A DNA stretch of 64,000 nt. It comes from Chrysomallon squamiferum. Its lineage: Eukaryota > Animalia > Mollusca. This document shows, piece after piece, positions 39,254-52,271 of the stretch (positions are counted from its first letter, which is position 1; each line of letters begins with the position of its first letter). A program made the position numbers and the translations under genes. Location: contig CM022670.1 of the NCBI GenBank assembly GCA_012295275.1, positions 8,246,001 to 8,310,000 of the forward strand, written 5' to 3'. Under the pieces are notes generated by a model. The model saw only the letters and a list, made by a program, of their open reading frames with translations. It ran no database searches and had not been told where the DNA came from.

Positions 39254-39976
39254 TCACACCTATGTCATCTTAATCATTACGTCTACCATCAACAGCTAAT
39301 CTTTCTTACACACAACACACTGTTTATTGACATTACTACACCAACAGCCGGGAAAAGCCTCGAAGATATCTTCATTTTATCCATTGTATTTGTAATAACC
39401 CAATTACCCTGTAACGCTACTTAACTCACAATCCACAATGAAGTCCCGTTAAACTTAATTTCCACAGCTTCCCATTAAACACTTGAAGAAATCGAAAATC
39501 GCTGAAAAACCTTTGAGATAAAAGTCAGAAACTTCATTATTGATTACTTCGACATTTCGCGAATTATAATATCACCGCTCAAAATGCAATTAAATTAACC
39601 CTTTCTCAGCTGAAGCGGCCACAGTGTTGACTCCGTGGCAGCGATTCAAACAACATCGTTTTGTGGGAATAAATCTCATATCCTAACATTGCCGTTGCCT
39701 TTGTATTAGACATTTCGGTTTGGCGATTGCTTGAATTATTTGCCGTGTCCATTTCAGTTTGGTTATCGGCTAGAAATCCAGATCAAATTTACCTCGACCG
39801 TGAAATGAGGGAGATTACCTGTGAATACTGGTCAAGGATGGTGTTAATTTTATTTGCGTTATGGCAAGTTAATATTAATAACAAAATTTAAAAAAGAAAA
39901 AAAATTGAAAATGAACATATTTGTTTCCCCTCCAGTGCGATAACAGAACAGTAAAATGTTCTGAGAAGGGAGTAAA

Positions 39977-39981
<5 letters not shown>

Positions 39982-40070
<89 letters not shown>
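39982..40070. repeat. (GA)n microsatellite
   Basis: Direct inspection. Confidence 0.95.
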
Positions 40071-40072
<2 letters not shown>

Positions 40073-40595
40073 CCAATAAAATTAAATTTATCTTTAGCAT
40101 CGCCATCAGAACTACTGACATTTTTTTACTACTAATGTTTTCACTACTGCCACAACAACTACTTCATCAACTAACAGAACAATTCCCACAACAGTAACTA
40201 CTACACTGTTCCACATCCACATCCACGTTTTTACCGTTTTACCATCCAAACACCCTTAAAAGAAACTGCTCATTAACCGAGGTTAATTATTGCTTCCCAC
40301 GAAGCACGCAGTAATTTTCATCTATTTTCAGTAATTTTTTCTTTCTGTTTTTTTGCTATATTTTACTTTCTTTCTTTCTCTTCCCCATCAAATAAACTGT
40401 TATTCTCCTAAAAATATTCTTAAAAAGCTGTAAAATTAATTATATCTTTATTGATTCAAAACGCTCAGAATAACAAACGAAAATCACGAAAAAAAGAAAA
40501 TAAAAAAAAAAAAAAAAAGAAAAATTGCAATGCACCGAAGTTGTTCTGAGTACTGAAGGATTAGTAAATCAAACACGACCGTAGTAAAACATAGT

Positions 40596-40610
40596 GGCGC
40601 CCCCTATCGT
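40596..40610 (-). promoter_or_regulatory. CTCF-like motif
   Basis: Minus strand reads ACGATAGGGGGCGCC (core TAGGGGGCGC), isolated in AT-rich DNA. Confidence 0.35.
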
Positions 40611-41133
40611 ATGTGTACGAAGGGATCAAGTAACAGTAACTCATTGTATCAGTTTTTCATCACAGTGTACTGCGTCTAGCCATCAAATTTTAACTATTTT
40701 CTCTTCGTTTAATTCAATAGTAGTAGGGCCGAGAGAATAAACATTAGGAGTTTTCAAACCACTAGCAATTTTTTTAAGACGTTTTTTCTGTTTGTTGTCG
40801 TTGACCATTTACCCGTGATTCATAGCGAGCTGACAAATTTTTACCTATATGGCTCTGTTATCATTATTTTAGATCTAATAAAGAAGAAATAAAACATACG
40901 AAATTTTATTAAGAAAAAAGCAGAATTATTAAATGAATAGTAAATCCCGGTTTGAAGGTGGTGCAGGTAAGTTTTAATTCAGAACGACCAGATCTAAAAT
41001 TAATTTTATATACGTTTGTCCTGTTTGTAAATGGTATGTTATTAAAAAATTGAAAATTTCAGGCAACCTATATTGACTTGATGACACCGACTGCCAGTTC
41101 AAAACTCACTAACAGACCACAATTTTAAAATAG

Positions 41134-41167
<34 letters not shown>

Positions 41168-41205
41168 TCTAAAGAATAATATATATACGTGTGTGGTGTG
41201 TGTGT

Positions 41206-41239
<34 letters not shown>

Positions 41240-41588
41240 TTTGTGTTTAAGGTATGTCTGTGTTTATTTGTGTAGTTTGCGAGTGTTTGTATATATTTAG
41301 ATATATGTACATGGTGCTGTTTACGTATGTTTGAATTTAAATAAGAAGTAGAACAAAAATAATTCAATTTCAATTGTTAAAAATATATCTGAAAAATCTA
41401 TGGTTTAGGAAAAATAATATAAAAAACTATCTAAATAAAAATAATCAGTATATAAAAAATAACGGCACAATATTTCTTAATGGAAAGAAAACAGTTCAGT
41501 AGTAGAATTTGTTGTTTTGTTTTGTTCTGTTATTCTTGTTAAAAAATCTGCGGTTTTTAACTGATATTATTTAATTTGAATAACATAC

Positions 41589-42595
41589 CTGTTTCTTCTG
41601 TTTTCAAAACGTATTTCTGAGAAAAAGATGCTGTATGATGCAGAAGCTGTCACTTTGTTGGATCGTCTGCTGTATATGCTATATTCATACACTTTCAGTT
41701 GACGTCCTCGACGTTGTTCACATCTGAGTCAATGTCTGAAACGTTGTGCCATCTTCTGTTGGTAACTGCTACACTTTCATTTGTTCTGCTGTATTGTAGT
41801 TTTTATTTCATTTCGTGCTGGTCTGTTCTGTGTGCATTTTACAGTTAGAGTCTTCTAGTCTATAGCAATTTCAGTCAGTTTATTTTACTTTGTTAACTTT
41901 GCTGCTTGCATCCGTCTTCTGTTTGTTTTTACTTCAGTTGATGTCTTCTTTATTACGCGATCTTCTGATGATTTTTACCATTAATCAGATCGTTTCACAT
42001 AATATTTATATCTGAAATGTTATTTTACTTTCTGATACTTACTTATTGGAGTTCTGACGTCTTATGGATTTCTGTACTGTATCTTGATGGTTTCAATCAT
42101 ATGAAGCTTCATTTACTTCTTCTACTGTGTTGCTCTTTGGTATACAATCTGTATTCTTTTAGTTTTTGATGTTTACCTCTGTCTTTTCTCCCTCTGGTTT
42201 TATAGTCCTCCTTTCCCCTCGTGCTGTCTTCTAAACAATTGATTTAACTTCAGGACTGATCTGCGTTGTTGAAGCTGTTGACAACGTCTGATGTATGTTT
42301 CCACGTGGTCTTAGTGTTTTGTGCACAGTTGTGTTTACTGTTTGATTTCTGATACGTTGTTCTTATCCTCTGCTGCGTCAAGACGTTAGAGGACGTTGTT
42401 GTGCACTGCTGTAATATTTCTTGTCTTCTTTTGATGACAGACTCGTTTTTAAAAATTATTTAAAGTCTTTAAAAGTATATTAGTAAAATCCTCCCTTGAA
42501 GACAATTTTTGTCTTGTTTTTTTGTTGAAATCATCCGCGTTACAGCAAGTACAGATTTACGTTACTACGTTCGGGTGATTACACAGCACTGATGT
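41589..42595 (-). ncRNA. Candidate non-coding first exon (distal 5' UTR exon of PcdhB, or a lncRNA)
   Basis: About 1 kb of non-repetitive, strongly A-skewed minus-strand sequence with no ORF. Begins near an Inr-like ATCAGTG (~42593) with a GC box (GGGCGGGC, ~42669) upstream. Ends at a consensus donor AACAG|GTATGT (41589/41588). Confidence 0.3.
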
Positions 42596-43183
42596 TCAGA
42601 CTGTTGGTGTATCGCGACTTGACGCAGCTCCTGTTGGTGTTGTCACTAAGTCGCAATGTGTGGTGTATGGGCGGGCAATGTCAGACGTATAGATTTTTCT
42701 TTGGATCGGCTCTGAGTCTTCCGACAACACCGGAGTGTGTTTCAGTTAACAAAGCGAATCCCTGTCTCAACTTGGAGAAGAAAAAACAATCTGTTTGATG
42801 ATGAAAACAAACTGTGGCTGTTCTAACAGGCGAAAAGCCCGGTCGCTTCTACCTCATGTAAAGAGGCTTAGACCAACGGTGAGATCAGAGGCAGCAATTC
42901 CGGTTATGTCAGGTAGTTAAAGGCTCAGCTTAGACCACTAGAAACTTATTTTCTGAAAATAAAAGTAAAATTTTAATTTAATTTATTCGACACACTTATG
43001 TTCATTATTCCTATTTTTTTTTTTTTTTTTTTTTTTTTATAACACAATGAAAATAAAACCTGTGATGGAAATTTGAGTTTTCGGTTCAGTTTTGGCTTGG
43101 ATAACTGAAAACGAGTAATAGATTTTCTTAGCAGTAAAAGTAATTTTAATGATCTTATTTCCCCGTAATTATTTATATTTATA

Positions 43184-43246
<63 letters not shown>

Positions 43247-44217
43247 TACATACATACATACACACATATACACACATACATACAGATATACTTACATATC
43301 TTATTCAACTTTCATACCTTATTCAACTGATCATTCTACTCTGTCACTCAGCTATGTCATTCAGTTGCTGACTGTTTTGATTCTGTTGATGATTCTTTTA
43401 CATAACACTGAATGATGAGTCTGTAAGTCGTTCAAATGATTATGTGTTTTACATTCAGCAACTGTAAATTAACTCCTATTAATAATGAAAATGTTATGAA
43501 TTCTACCCAGTAATAATTAATCGTGTTTGACTTATTTTAATTAATTTCGTTTACCTACAAGACATGTCTGTAGATCAGTGCTTATGGAGGTGATCTAAAA
43601 CGTGATGTATCACTGGATTGATCTTAGCCTTTTGAGTTATTTCACGTTCTAACCAGTCCACAGCTGCTAAATATCACACGAACTGTGTGTTTCTACAGGA
43701 TAAGTAAAATTAAACAGAATGTTAAATATAAAAGAAACCAACACATTACTAACGTGAAAATGTTCAGCGACTGATGCGAAGTAAGCATGTCATAAATGAA
43801 TGATAATCCAGTAGCTGATTTCGCTAAACTGAAAGAAATATTAATTTATGACAATAGTGAAATGTATCTAAGAAACAAATCGCTTTATTTATCAGCTTTT
43901 CATTTGGGGCGGGAAGTTCAGGTTTTAGAAGGTGGATATGTTACTGATCCTGACTCTGTTCAGTGTATGAATATAAAACAAAACACAACCTAATTTTGTA
44001 ACCAACAGTCGATAAGCGACTTACGGTGTACTCTACAGATATTAATCACACTGTTTACTTATACAAGTTAAATTTTGAACTAACTTTATTTTAGACGCAG
44101 TTCGTTTAGATGTACCAGTGGTAGTTTAAAAAAAAAAAAAAACAGACTGTAAATGAGTAGGAACAATTCTCAGACACTTGGTGTTGTTCAGACAGAAAGG
44201 AGACACAGGAAGACAAG

Positions 44218-44358
44218 ATGCCAGAGGAAAGCAAAGACGAGAACACGAAACTGTTATCTCCAGAACCCAAACAGTCCCAGAATGCGGAAGAAGGATGTTG
44301 TTATCAGCTAGGTTCGTGTCTGATTAATATTCTGTTTTGCTGTGTTGGAGGGCTCTAA
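44218..44358 (+). CDS. Candidate 46-aa microprotein with acidic dileucine motif and Cys-rich hydrophobic C-terminus
   Basis: AAGATG context. Translates MPEESKDENTKLLSPEPKQSQNAEEGCCYQLGSCLINILFCCVGGL*. Possible upstream acceptor GTTGTTCAG| at 44191. Below the ORF-track length cut-off. Confidence 0.35.
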   Translation: MPEESKDENTKLLSPEPKQSQNAEEGCCYQLGSCLINILFCCVGGL

Positions 44359-44389
44359 CCTTGGTACAACAATTCATTTGCGTTTATAG

Positions 44390-45085
44390 TCAATTTTCAC
44401 AGCTGATTCAGTTGGAGATTTTTCTGCTGATAGTCAGGCTACCTTGTTGTAACGAGCACCTGACTGCGTTCTTCATTTAATGATTCTGTTTATAAGACTG
44501 AGATAATTAAACTGCTTCATCATTCAGCTGATAATTCTGGAAATTCTTTGACTGATTATTATTCACTATTTGATGATTTTGTACGTTATTTAGCTGATGA
44601 TTCTCTCCTCAGTTTCTGTTCGCTGTTTTACTGATTATTCTGTAGGTTAATCAACTAATTATGATGTACGCTACTTAACTTGTGATTCTGTACGTTACTT
44701 TACTGATGATTATTTACACTATTTAAATGATCATTATTTACACTATTTAAATGATCATTATTTACAGTATTTAACTGATGATTCTGTACGTTATATTCTG
44801 ATGATTACGTACACTATTTAAATGATGATTCTCTACATTATTTAACTGATGATTATCTACGTTAGTTCACTGATGATTGTCTACGTTATTTAACTGTTAA
44901 TTTTCTACGTTTTTTAACTGTTAATTTTCTACGTTTTTTAACTGTTAATTTTCTACGTTTTTAACTGTTAATTTTCTACGTTATTCAGCTGATGATTCTT
45001 TACGGTATTTAACTGATAATCCTTTATGTTATTTAACTTATGATCCTTTATGTTATTTAACTGATAATTCTTTATGTTATTTGTT
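44390..45085. repeat. Degenerate ~24-bp minisatellite
   Basis: Units such as TATTTAACTGATGATTCTGTACGT and ACTGTTAATTTTCTACGTTTTTTA repeat in tandem. Confidence 0.85.
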
Positions 45086-45213
45086 TTTTATTTACTTGCT
45101 CGAGTTAATTTTTGATAGTAATTAAATACTTCTGTATAAGTTTTCTATTCAAGAATCTTTAACTTTTTCTCTGCTCTGTCGTCTCTGTACATCTCTGTAT
45201 ATGTATCTGCATA

Positions 45214-45292
45214 TACAGTGATACCTGTCTTGTAAGGACACCCGTAGGCTCCAACAGAAGTGTCCCTACATTGCAGGTGTCCTTTTATGAAC
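45214..45292 (+). mobile_element. Terminal fragment of a Tc1/mariner (pogo/Tigger-like) non-autonomous DNA element
   Basis: TA|CAGTGATACCTGTCTTGTAAGGACACC...GTGTCCCTACATTGCAGGTGTCC shows a TA target site, a CAGTG start and an internal GGACAC/GTGTCC inverted subrepeat. The matching other end was not found. Confidence 0.5.
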
Positions 45293-46476
45293 ATATTTGC
45301 TCACCTCGATCACACCAGTAGCCACAACAAACCTAAATAGTCGTGGCTGGGCACAGGCACAGCAAACATCACGGTTTTCTGTTATAGTACAATTGCAAAT
45401 AAAACTTATTTTGCACATAATAAAACTCATAATAAACACAAGTCATATTTATGTTTAAAAGCAAAATAAGATCTCCGATTTGTATTTTCAAAAAAACGTC
45501 CGCTAAGACTCGATGTTTATAAAACATAAATATGCGTGGAATGATGTTGAATGTTTGAATTATCATAAATTTGTACGTAATGGTTTGAACTCGCACGGTT
45601 TGGCGGGCAAGCGTTAGAGAGCATGTTCTGTGCAGTGCAGGAAACTGGCGACACCATCTTTTAAAACCCCCAGATAAAATACAGATAAAAGCTCCTGTAC
45701 GTGTTACAGACTGAAACCACTAATCTAATATGAGAAGTTAAACGATGACAGATAATTTTTTTTCTAATTTAAAGTAGCACACTGCTGTACCATCTTTCGT
45801 TTTTCACTTCCTGCTTTTTTTTCTGAATCCCGTGACTCGCTATAGTATCACCTGACTGGCGAGTCTTTGTCCAAATTGACTTTCTTCTTGCCACTGATCG
45901 GTCAAAACTGACCACTGACCACTGAACAAATCTTTCTTTCAAACCTTAGGCACGTACTGGTCGTTGATCGTATACACAGAGATGTTGTGTCTGAGATACA
46001 TGTATTCAGTTTGGCTAACAAAGTACAGCATGTGATTAATTTTGAAGATAAGTGTAAGTGTCAGCGTGTCTATGTATATGCACCTGTTTACATGCTTACA
46101 GTAATACATATATATGTAGTAAAAACGTATCTACATGATTTGACATTAATTTGTGTTATGTGTGTATGTGTGTGTTCGTGTGTGTGTGAATGTGTGTGTG
46201 CGTGTTAAATATTTATATATACATAAAACTACTGGCAGGTGATAGAGACAAGTGCCTCTTTTTATACTTTATTATCAACAAAGATTTAGATATACAATTA
46301 TTTCGAAGTAAAAGAAATATAAAGTGTGTTCAGTTTAATGGAGCCATTTAACGCAGCAAGATGTTATTATCTGTCCGTTTACACGTCGACGATTATTTGT
46401 TAAAAGATAACATCAACATTATTCACTACATTTGTAACGTCTGCTTCCACTTGTGAACCTAACAAATTTGCAACAG

Positions 46477-46657
46477 CCCCTCTGGCCCCGCCCACGCTAC
46501 GCCATTGAACCAAGAACCAAAATCGTTTCTTAAGGAAATGGATTCGAAGGATTCAGACGTAACCGTAACATCGTGGACTACAACCACGACCGTTCTAGAC
46601 GATGAAATAACGACGACATCAATAGATGAAAGATACACATTTACATACAGATACTGA
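46477..46657 (+). pseudogene. Possible orphan or decayed protocadherin terminal-exon relic
   Basis: Open frame after TTGCAACAG| encodes ...VLDDEITTTSIDERYTF..., resembling DDDDTTTSGSYTV and DDDNTTTSGSYTI of PcdhB and PcdhC. No ectodomain exon is nearby. Confidence 0.2.
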
Positions 46658-47398
46658 AATGAGTGTTTTCTTAACAATATGTGTAGGGGTGCTTAGGTTA
46701 AACAGATATTCGAAATATTTGAGATGACAAAACATTATATAAAATAAATATATCTGATAAATATATCTAATAAATACTTGATTGTTTGAAGTTTTAAAAC
46801 TAATGTCTTTTTTTCTGCTTTTCCCCCACTGTTATAATAAAATACACTTTACCAAATTAAATTCAGTTAAATGCAAATAAACGTGTGTTTTGATGAGACA
46901 GAGAAATGATTAAATTCACTTGATAGATTTGACAGACTGTGAAATCGGGAAATATTTTAGTTTTTTTAATATTTGTAATTAACTATGAAAAGCAGATTAC
47001 AGACTGTAGAGTGTTTAGTTTTACCTTGATACAAGCTTTATAAGAAGAACAGTAACGTTTATAACTTTTTCTATATATTGTTTAATCGTTTGTTATCTTA
47101 TAAACAATTTTTTAGTATTAGGAAAGAGTAATCATGAGAATTAAATAAATAAGTAATAATAAAAAAAGACCTTCGTTTAAGTCCAATATCAAATATATTT
47201 AGATTACTTTAGAACTACTTAATATATATTAAACATCCAAAAAAATTGAAACCGTGTAGATCTTTTGTGTTATAGGAAATGAAACTGGAAAAATTTTGTT
47301 TAAAGAAATCTAAACATTAGAAATAGTATGTGTGTAATGAAATTCTTTAACAATTTTTGAAAAAGGATAATTAAATTTCTACAAAATATTTTTGATGG

Positions 47399-47436
<38 letters not shown>

Positions 47437-47475
47437 ATTACTACTAACAATAATACTACTACTACTACAAAACTG

Positions 47476-47507
<32 letters not shown>

Positions 47508-49189
47508 CCTACTACTACTAAATTATAAAGAGTGACAAAAATCTAATACTTGACATAATCGTTGACAACGTGATTTTTGGTAAATAGGTTATCTCCCTTC
47601 AATTACTCTGTAGTAATTTTCTCTAAGTTTTTAAATAAAGATATCGACTTTCCAGGTGGTGAAGTAGAAAAGCAATCGTCTTTTGATCGTGTAGTTCGTG
47701 AGATCGAATCTTACTGGGGCTTAAAAGCTCTTGGTAACAGTATTCCATGTTCTAACACATTCCTTAAAACAGTGTCTTTTTTTTAGACCGGTGAATGAAA
47801 AATTATAGCGAGAACAAGGCAAAAATTATCAAAAACAAAAAGAAATTTATATGTGGGTAAATAAAATATTATGAATGCTAAAATGACCGATTCACTACAA
47901 AGCTTACAGTTCTGACATTATCTCAATTATCTGGTCATTTAAAAAAAATAATAAAAAAAAAAAAAAATGATTTGAAGCATGAAACTAATATTTATTTTAT
48001 AATATTTTAGTCTGTTTCATTAGATGCACACCATTTTCTCGGAAATAATTATATATCTTTTGAGCTTAAACTGATAAATTTCATTTAATTCTTAAGTATA
48101 CTAATTTGACCTCAAACATTTTATACTACGTGTTTGTTCTTGTTCTGTTAGTAAACATCAGATCAGATTTCTTCAGTCACAGCTCTAATCTCTTTGTTAT
48201 TCAAAAAGATGTACTTGTAATTTACATTAATTTTGTACATATCTTGATATTTGTCTACAAATGGAAATATAATAGGAATTTATTTACTAATATACATTTC
48301 GAGTCTGTTTGGCTTCACATTTCTTTGTAATCTGTGTCGCATTAACTTCATTGTAAACAAACCGAAAATAATGGTTGAAATTTTATCGTGTTTTACTTTC
48401 AGGTATAAAACCTGATAATTACTAAATATGGTTTTAAAAATGAAACAGTCCAGACGCAGGATTGTCCGTGCAGTAGTATTTGGTAAAAGGATGCTAGGTT
48501 CTGTTTATTATAAATTATAACTACAATCTGAAAACACCCATTTCCAAGGGTTCGTTAAGCTGGTTAAAGATTTGTCTTCGTAATAGTTATTTACTGGCCA
48601 GGAATTCTTTTTATATGCTTAATGCAGGATTTAACTTGTAAACTATTTCACAGTCTTTCACTCTCGTGTGTTTTTTATTTTTTTTATTTTTTTTTTCACC
48701 AAATTTCAATCATGGCAACTAAACTTTCTTATAGTTTTCACTCCATTTACGTTCATTTTTAAATAAACCTTTCAGTGATTCAGCAACCAAAAGCTAACCA
48801 AAGAGAATATAATGAATTTTACTTTATCAGTTATATCATAAGACTGGATCCTCTTAGGCTCCTAGCAATGAATTATACAAAGAAACAACAAAAAAATAAC
48901 ATAATCGAGTTAACTGATTGCAAAAATCTTATAAGACTGAGCCAATGGATAATTCAAAAATTGTTTACTTTAGTTTTTTTTTTTTATTTGATTTAACTTT
49001 TGTTAAATGAAAGTTTGATTGACAGTTAATATATGTGGTTAAAAGCTAAATAAATTATTTTGTAATAATAATTTGAGAGATAAAAACAAGATAATGCTTT
49101 TTAATAGCTAAGTTTCTTATATAATTGTAGGATGTGTATTTTATTTGTATACTTAAAGAAAGAAAGATAAAACTGGGATCTGAGAAAAA

Positions 49190-49314
<125 letters not shown>

Positions 49315-49967
49315 AATGTTACATTTCTGAAAAGAGAAACAAAGAAATAAAAAAACTATTGCCGTTTAAAAGTTAAACATTCACCTACAAACACAACAAA
49401 CTACTTTTGTCTTCTGTATAAATCATTTATTAACAATATAAAAATACATATTTACATATGTAACGGTAACATATCAAACACTAATAAAAACAAGATGGAT
49501 TTGGTTTAATATCTCGTTAAACTTTGGGCATTGCGTAATAATTTATTCACACATTCTTTTGTGTAGGGAAATTATTACTTGCGTTTGCTACGTATAAGCT
49601 TTAAGCTTTTTTTGTGACTTACTAAAAAATATTAAAAAAAGAATAGTAATGCTTACAGCTGGTACTGACATATACGTACGTATAAATGTGTGAACGTACA
49701 TATATATATATATGTTTTTCGCACAAGCAAGCACACATAGACATTTATTCTCTTCTTTAACATGAAAGGAATGTAATCATGTTTACACTTGTGACATGGT
49801 TTAAAGTGTCTGTCAGTTATTAAATTAAGTCACACATGTTAACTACTGAGCTGTTTTTATTTTATAACATTAGTGACTGTCTTACAATAAAGATTTTATA
49901 TGTAAAGAAAAAATAATATAATCAAATATCTTTGGTTCCTGAGTAAAATTTTATCATTTTAATAATC

Positions 49968-50019
<52 letters not shown>

Positions 50020-50760
50020 GAATGATGAAGAAGATGAGAAGAAGAAGAAGTGTATTAAAAAGACTGAGCTCATTGTTGGTATAATTACTTTCTGTATTAT
50101 GGATGTATTAATTCATATTTTATATTTTGTCCTTTAGTGAAAAATCTAAATGAGACGAAACAAATAAATAAGTTGGCAGTGATTTTAGACATGGATGTAA
50201 ATATATATATATATATATGTATATATATCTTTAAATAATGATTTAAAAATGTTAGCATGATAAATAATTTAATGTTAGTTAAAATTGAATGTTTAGTTTA
50301 ATAAGAATTATCTCCCTTCGACTGGTAGTTTTTCTCTTTAATTCGTTTAAAAACACGAGAAAGAAAATATGGTGCTTTTCTTTGAAGGAGTATCATGTCT
50401 TCTTTTGTACTATGTATATTACAATCATGATTTTGTTTTTTTAAATTATTAACAATATTATTAATAATAAAAAGTTTCTGCATTTTAAATGTTTCTCTTT
50501 AACAGAATAGGAATGCCTCTATATGAAGTAGCCATGCAAAGTTTTCAGTTTTAAAAGAAGTTATATTTTTCAAGTCAGCAAACATTATTTATCATTCCTG
50601 GTGTCAAATGAGTAAAGCTTTGTACGAACTGAGTCTCTAAATAAACTTTATCGAGTACTGTTATCATTATTATTATTATTAGTATTTCTTTTTTTTTTTT
50701 TTCGGTGACAACTTTTTACTTCGCCGTAGCAGATAAAATACTTTAGTTCACATATTAGAA

Positions 50761-50793
<33 letters not shown>

Positions 50794-51291
50794 TTAATAA
50801 TAAAAATAATAATAAATTCTCGTTATTAGATTTAGAAAAAGTAATGCTGCGTAGTTTTTTATAATATAAATTGCTATGTAGGTATAAAATAAAAAAAGTG
50901 ATGGTATCTGGCATTCCTCCAGAGAGGTAATCACGAAATGTCAGAGCTGGAAAGTGGGTGGGGTTCTTTAGCCATCCCCCACCCTGTCAGCACAAAAAGG
51001 AATTTGAATATTTTATCGTTGAAAACATATCACCACAGAAATACCGTATTTCGTACAGTTACGGAACAGCACATGTGTTTATCTTGAAATCCGTAACACC
51101 GTTAATAATTGCACATCCTATCATGATCCAGATTTTATTCACCAGAAGACCAAAGGTACGGGAAGCCGCAGAAACCCTAACAGCAACTAGAAACTGAGAA
51201 TATGATTGTGTAACAGCGGAACATGGTTCTTACATTATGACTGAATCCAGTCCTGAAAATAATCTCTCACAAAAAAACCTCTCGACGACTT

Positions 51292-51765
51292 TCACACATA
51301 GACGTCCTGCAGTCCGAACACTATGACGTCATCTCGAATGTCTTCGTGATCTATCGTATAACTACCGGACGTCGTAGTATTATCGTCATCCAACGCTGTC
51401 GTTTAAAACGTCTATGGAAAATCCCGTGGAACCTTTCCTGAACACTAAGTTCCTATTCGAAAGGGAAAAGTCTGCAGAATATTCGTGAGGTTTGTGATAC
51501 GATGGTTCAATGTGATACGGGGTACTATCAAAGTGAACTGTATGTGTTTTAGATTTGTCACTGCGGTCACGTGACGCTGTGACGTTCATTGTCTGACAAC
51601 GAGGCTCATTTCTGAGAATGGAGGTGGAATGGAGACTGTTCTTCTCGTTAGAAAATGGCGGCGTGCTGTGTCTGTGGAACTGAAATCGGTGTGGAGGTGT
51701 TTCCGCAATCTGTGAGTTGTCGTAGTTCGTGTTCGCCGGGCGTGTATTTGAAAAACAGTTTTCAT
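51292..51765 (-). CDS. Protocadherin C, terminal exon, with a 1-nt frameshift at ~51390
   Basis: Acceptor TAATTTCAG| at 51766/51765, phase 1: (D)ENCFSNTRP...HTVHFDS...VLNDSVG* (stop at 51386). Removing one base restores DDDNTTTSGSYTIDHEDIRDDVIVFGLQDVYV*, ending at 51292 and homologous to the PcdhB C-terminus. Confidence 0.85.
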
Positions 51766-51770
51766 CTGAA

Positions 51771-51807
<37 letters not shown>

Positions 51808-52023
51808 CAAGGTATATATTCACCATGCACTGCCAATATGCATGTATACATACATATATAGACAGATACATGCATTTATATATATATACATAGAAACGTA
51901 TTCATCAATACACCCATACATACATACTTAGAAACAACAGAGTTAACCGTAAATACCCACACACATACACACACACACATCCACAGAGACACACACACAC
52001 ATGTATATATAGTAATTATTTAC

Positions 52024-52168
52024 CTGTTTCTGAAGGGAGAGAACTACGACCTTGACTGTGACTGTCTTCCTCACTGAAACCACGTCCACTGTCTGTTCCA
52101 GTTGTCTCCCCTGACGTGTCACTTAAAATTTCATCAGCTACATTATCATTATTTTGATTTGGTTTGTT
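52024..52168 (-). CDS. Protocadherin C, CM1-like cytoplasmic exon
   Basis: Acceptor CTATTTCAG| and donor ACAG|GTAAAT; 145 nt, phase 0 to 1. Translates NKPNQNNDNVADEILSDTSGETTGTDSGRGFSEEDSHSQGRSSLPSET. Confidence 0.9.
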
Positions 52169-52200
52169 CTGAAATAGTTATAACAATAGTAATAAGATAG

Positions 52201-52271
<71 letters not shown>

